A DNA stretch of 64,000 nucleotides, taken from Marsupella aquatica. Taxonomy: Eukaryota; Plantae; Marchantiophyta. The stretch covers positions 19,197,457-19,261,456 of the forward strand of contig OZ316892.1 of assembly GCA_973895155.1 (NCBI GenBank), in the 5' to 3' direction. The notes beneath the pieces are model-generated. The model was given only the letters and a program-made list of their open reading frames with translations, was not told the DNA's origin and did not search any database. Both the position numbers and the translations under genes were made by a program. Shown piece by piece: positions 60,770 to 64,000 of the stretch. The first letter of the stretch is position 1, and each line of letters opens with the position of its first letter.

Positions 60770-62950
60770 AAAGATTTAATTTTGAAAACAAAGAAGTACA
60801 GTAAGAGTATATAATGTAAGAGGAACAACTCATCCCTCTAGCTACATTAAGTCTCTCCATATAGCCACATATAAGAGTCTGCTATTACGCAATGCTCATC
60901 TATCTTCCTATCATCAATTACTACTAGACTAGGCTTTACAGGTATGTGATTCTGTTCACTATCTTAAATCTCACTCTATCACAATAAGAATCCTATTCAT
61001 GTATCTTGTGTATCCTTTTACTTTCTTCGCCGTCTCACCCATGCACCTGTGATGGAGATGCATTTGTGATACCTCCATCACCCTGGCCTCCATAGCCAAT
61101 TCAAGCTGCAGTTGCAAATGTTCAAAATAGTTAGAACTCACTATACGTGCAATAAAAACAAACTGAACACTAAATATGTGAAAGAGTAAACAATGAATAC
61201 TTACATTATGAAAACAGAATTCAGCTTGATGCACACTGATTGATACAGGACATTCTCTGTCAAATCTGATTCAGTTAAGCATATGGGAAATAGAATGATG
61301 AATGGCCCAAGTATCCCATGGATCAAATCTATCTCTTTCACCATCACTCCTACACTCTCTATTCCTTCTCAGCAATTCTAACCTGTCTTTCCATCTCTTG
61401 GCTTGGGTGTTCCAAACAGAGCGTAAAACTCTTCCTTGAGTACTGCCAAAAGTTTGAAAACACAACAGCCATAGACTGTTATTAATCAATAAACAATGCA
61501 AATGATTATAAAACAAATTGCATATAATACTTACATCAACCCAATGACTGGTGAGCTTGCAAATAGAACTTACCCTCAAGATGGCTCCTTGTCTATCCCG
61601 AATATTGTCAAAAACCTTCCCCATAATTAATACTTTCTTGACCTCCTTTCCCCCATTGATTGTGTAAAAACTTGTTCCACTTTATCTCTGTCATTCATGC
61701 CAACACCAAAAGCTTTCAGAATTTTGGGAATAGATTGATTTTCAGACGGATATAGTGTACACTCTGCATCGGAGCCAAGTAAGAATGAGGAAACCAAATC
61801 AGTCAACACGTTATTGACACATTCCCATCTCCATAGTTGAGGCAACTCCACAATGTTATGTAGAACTTCAGTTTGGATTCTCTATAAGTTGGCCACAGTG
61901 CTCTTATAATCTTTTATTTGTTGTATCATTGCCTGGTAGTGCAATCTCTCAAACGCATCTAAAATATCTATTCTTTGGCTGCACACCACAAAAACAACTG
62001 TTGTATCTTCATCTTTTTACCAAAAGTGTCAAGTCTAAAAACCAAGCTTTGTGAATCTAAAAATTAGATGTTCACATATATAATGATCTTTACCTGCAAG
62101 AACTCTGATTAGCCATATCGTGCTCTGATTAGCAATATCATCAGGTTGTTGTCTACTTGGTCTGTTCAGATTTCTGCAGCTATCAGGCCCTGCTTGGATC
62201 TCTACAGCTATGAGGAGCCTTGCTTGGATTTCTGCACCTATCGGGAGCCATGGTCTGGTCTCTACAACAGATTAAGAAAACCTATTATTTATTTTACAAT
62301 ACTAAACTTTACATAATCTGATAGAGAAAAGAGACTTGCATAACTTACATATTTACCTAATAGGTCCTTCATTGTTCACATAGTCTCTTCTTTGTACTTC
62401 TGAATTCCTGGTCTAGGAGTTTCCTCTCTGCAAAAGATTTAAGAAAAACCATGAGTTTACAATTATACTAAATATTAGATATTAATCTTCTACATAAAAG
62501 AGACTTGTATAACATGGTTACTCATAGGTCCTTCATGATCCTTCATAGAGTCTCTTTTCTGCACTTCTGGCCTTCCTGGTATAGGAGTTTCCTCTTCCTC
62601 TCTGCATTTAAACAAAATGTGAATGGTAGATTACTAAATGGTCTATTTCAATATAGTTCACAAAATTAAGAAAATAAGTCAAGAGTACAATGTACCTGAG
62701 ATTTGCCTCATCAGCCAGATCAACATAATTCCTTCTCCTGGTTGTTGCAAGATCTGGTTCATTCTCAATGGTAGACTTGGGCCTGGGTGCCCTCTGTGTT
62801 TGAAATCTACACAATCCCAAGAAAGAAAAGGTTAAATAAAATCATATAAATCTAGATGATCGAGCTCAATAACAATACATTTTTTAAAAACACCTTGTAT
62901 CTCATGTAAGGTGATTGCCTTCCACTGCCTTCATCTTCCTCTAGAGTTGT
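60770..62950 (-). pseudogene. Decayed multi-exon coding relic of unknown family
   Basis: Series of exon-like blocks with GT/AG-like borders and multiple stops (e.g. LKEEFYALFGTPKPRDGKTG*NC*EGIESVGVMVKEIDLIHGILGPF). Duplicated exon-intron unit at about 62330-62600. Confidence 0.4.
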
Positions 62951-63464
62951 TTCATTAGTGATGGAAAGAAGCAATCACCAGAAACAAAAAATTGGCTAAA
63001 AATATAGTCACACTTAGTCTAACAAAGGATAAAACTACCATACAATCAAAGAAAGGTCTAAACACTAGTCCAAAATGACCTGATGAACACAAAGTGGAAA
63101 CAACAGATCCTAACAAATCCATTCTCGTCCCTCATATGATAGTCATCCCATGGTATCCAAAATTTGGTTTTCCGGCCATATTGTGACGCAAAGAAAAACT
63201 TTGTTATAACAAATTCCAAGCATCACTCCATTTAGCTCCAAAGACTAACCTGTGACAAGTTACATGAGACGGATGAGTTAGACAAAGAAGCGCATACCAC
63301 TAGGTATACCGCCAGACAGATTCATAGGTTATGTTCACAAAATCCTGTACATTGACGTTGTAGTAAGAAAATTAGACTATATGAAGAATAACTTGGTTTT
63401 TTGTGAAAATATTTATGTGAAAGTAGATTTTGACTTCTACCAAAGTAAAATTATAAGTATTGGT

Positions 63465-63640
63465 AATTTTCAGAAATTACCATGGTGAAAAATAATTTCT
63501 AGAATCTACCATAGTAAATAGTGAATTCTTAAATTTACCTTAGTAAAAAGGTAAAATTTTGGTAACTTATAGAATTTACCATGGTAAAAAAGTAAATTCT
63601 AGAATTTGCCGTGGTAAAAAAATTAACTCTAGTAAGTTTT
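63465..63640. repeat. ~30-bp tandem array with palindromic core TTTACCATGGTAAA
   Basis: AGAATTTACCATGGTAAAAA-like units recur about 5-6 times. Confidence 0.85.
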
Positions 63641-63659
63641 AGTAATTTCTAGTATCTTC

Positions 63660-64000
63660 TAGGATACTCTTGTAAAGGGATGAGCGTGGCCTGGCTCCAA
63701 CTATAAATAAGAGGAAGGCTCGCCCTCCCAGGGGAGTCCATTTTCTAGCATTTCAAGTGTATGAGTGCGAAGATAGAGAGTGCATAGAATGTATAGAGTG
63801 TGCATTAGATTTGCATTGGAGGAATGCTTGAACATCGGTTTTAGGACTAAATAGAATGGCTATGCTACCGGTTTCTATGGTGGAAGGGTTCTAAGTTTCA
63901 TAATTTTTGGTCATGAAAAGCACTGCCACCACTCGAGTACCTTGAAGATAGAGCTTTGAATTTGGCAAGGTTGGCTATGTCGCCAATATCATAGATATAA
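63660..64000 (+). mobile_element. Possible LTR U3/R region running off the window end
   Basis: CTATAAATAAGAGGAAGG TATA context at about 63700, downstream of a repeat array, as is typical of plant LTRs. No boundary or coding evidence. Confidence 0.35.

Noticed and set aside
60761-60860. N-terminal part of the 236-aa ORF 60150-60860
   Set aside because: AT-rich flank read through by chance; RLE homology starts at about 60760.
60971-61445. Possible TET/JBP-like 2OG-Fe(II) dioxygenase relic (…EFCFHN…HLHH…R)
   Set aside because: No intact HxD motif, and an alternative frame reads equally or more protein-like. Unsupported without a profile search.

Overview
Eukaryotic land-plant genomic DNA, probably a non-seed plant (inference from spliceosomal introns, plant-type genes and CRE-type LINE remnants). 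No searches were run; family calls are from motif recognition. The first 36 kb is a nest of transposons. A structurally complete PIF/Harbinger element lies at 2836-7756 (15-bp TIRs, TTA TSD). A decayed Tork/Tnt1-like Copia retrotransposon is split exactly in its RT by an 18.2-kb CACTA element at 12658-30901 (CTT TSD). The CACTA has an intact-looking spliced TNP2 transposase and a TnpA-like gene. Upstream of the transposase and in the same orientation it carries an unusual cargo cassette: a tandem DNA-polymerase-lambda-type BRCT ORF, a stand-alone EDM2-type composite PHD-finger ORF and a Cys/His-rich ORF. It also holds a captured RPL18a exon. This cassette is the best candidate for an undescribed system, a transposon-borne chromatin-reader plus NHEJ-adaptor toolkit. 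The second half holds host genes: complex I subunit B9/NDUFA3, an At3g58110-like ORF, a small gene with a 17-nt micro-exon and an organellar-type thymidine kinase. It also contains a long LINE-1 ORF1-like ORF with no ORF2, two 3' remnants of a CRE-type (RLE endonuclease) LINE, and assorted repeats.
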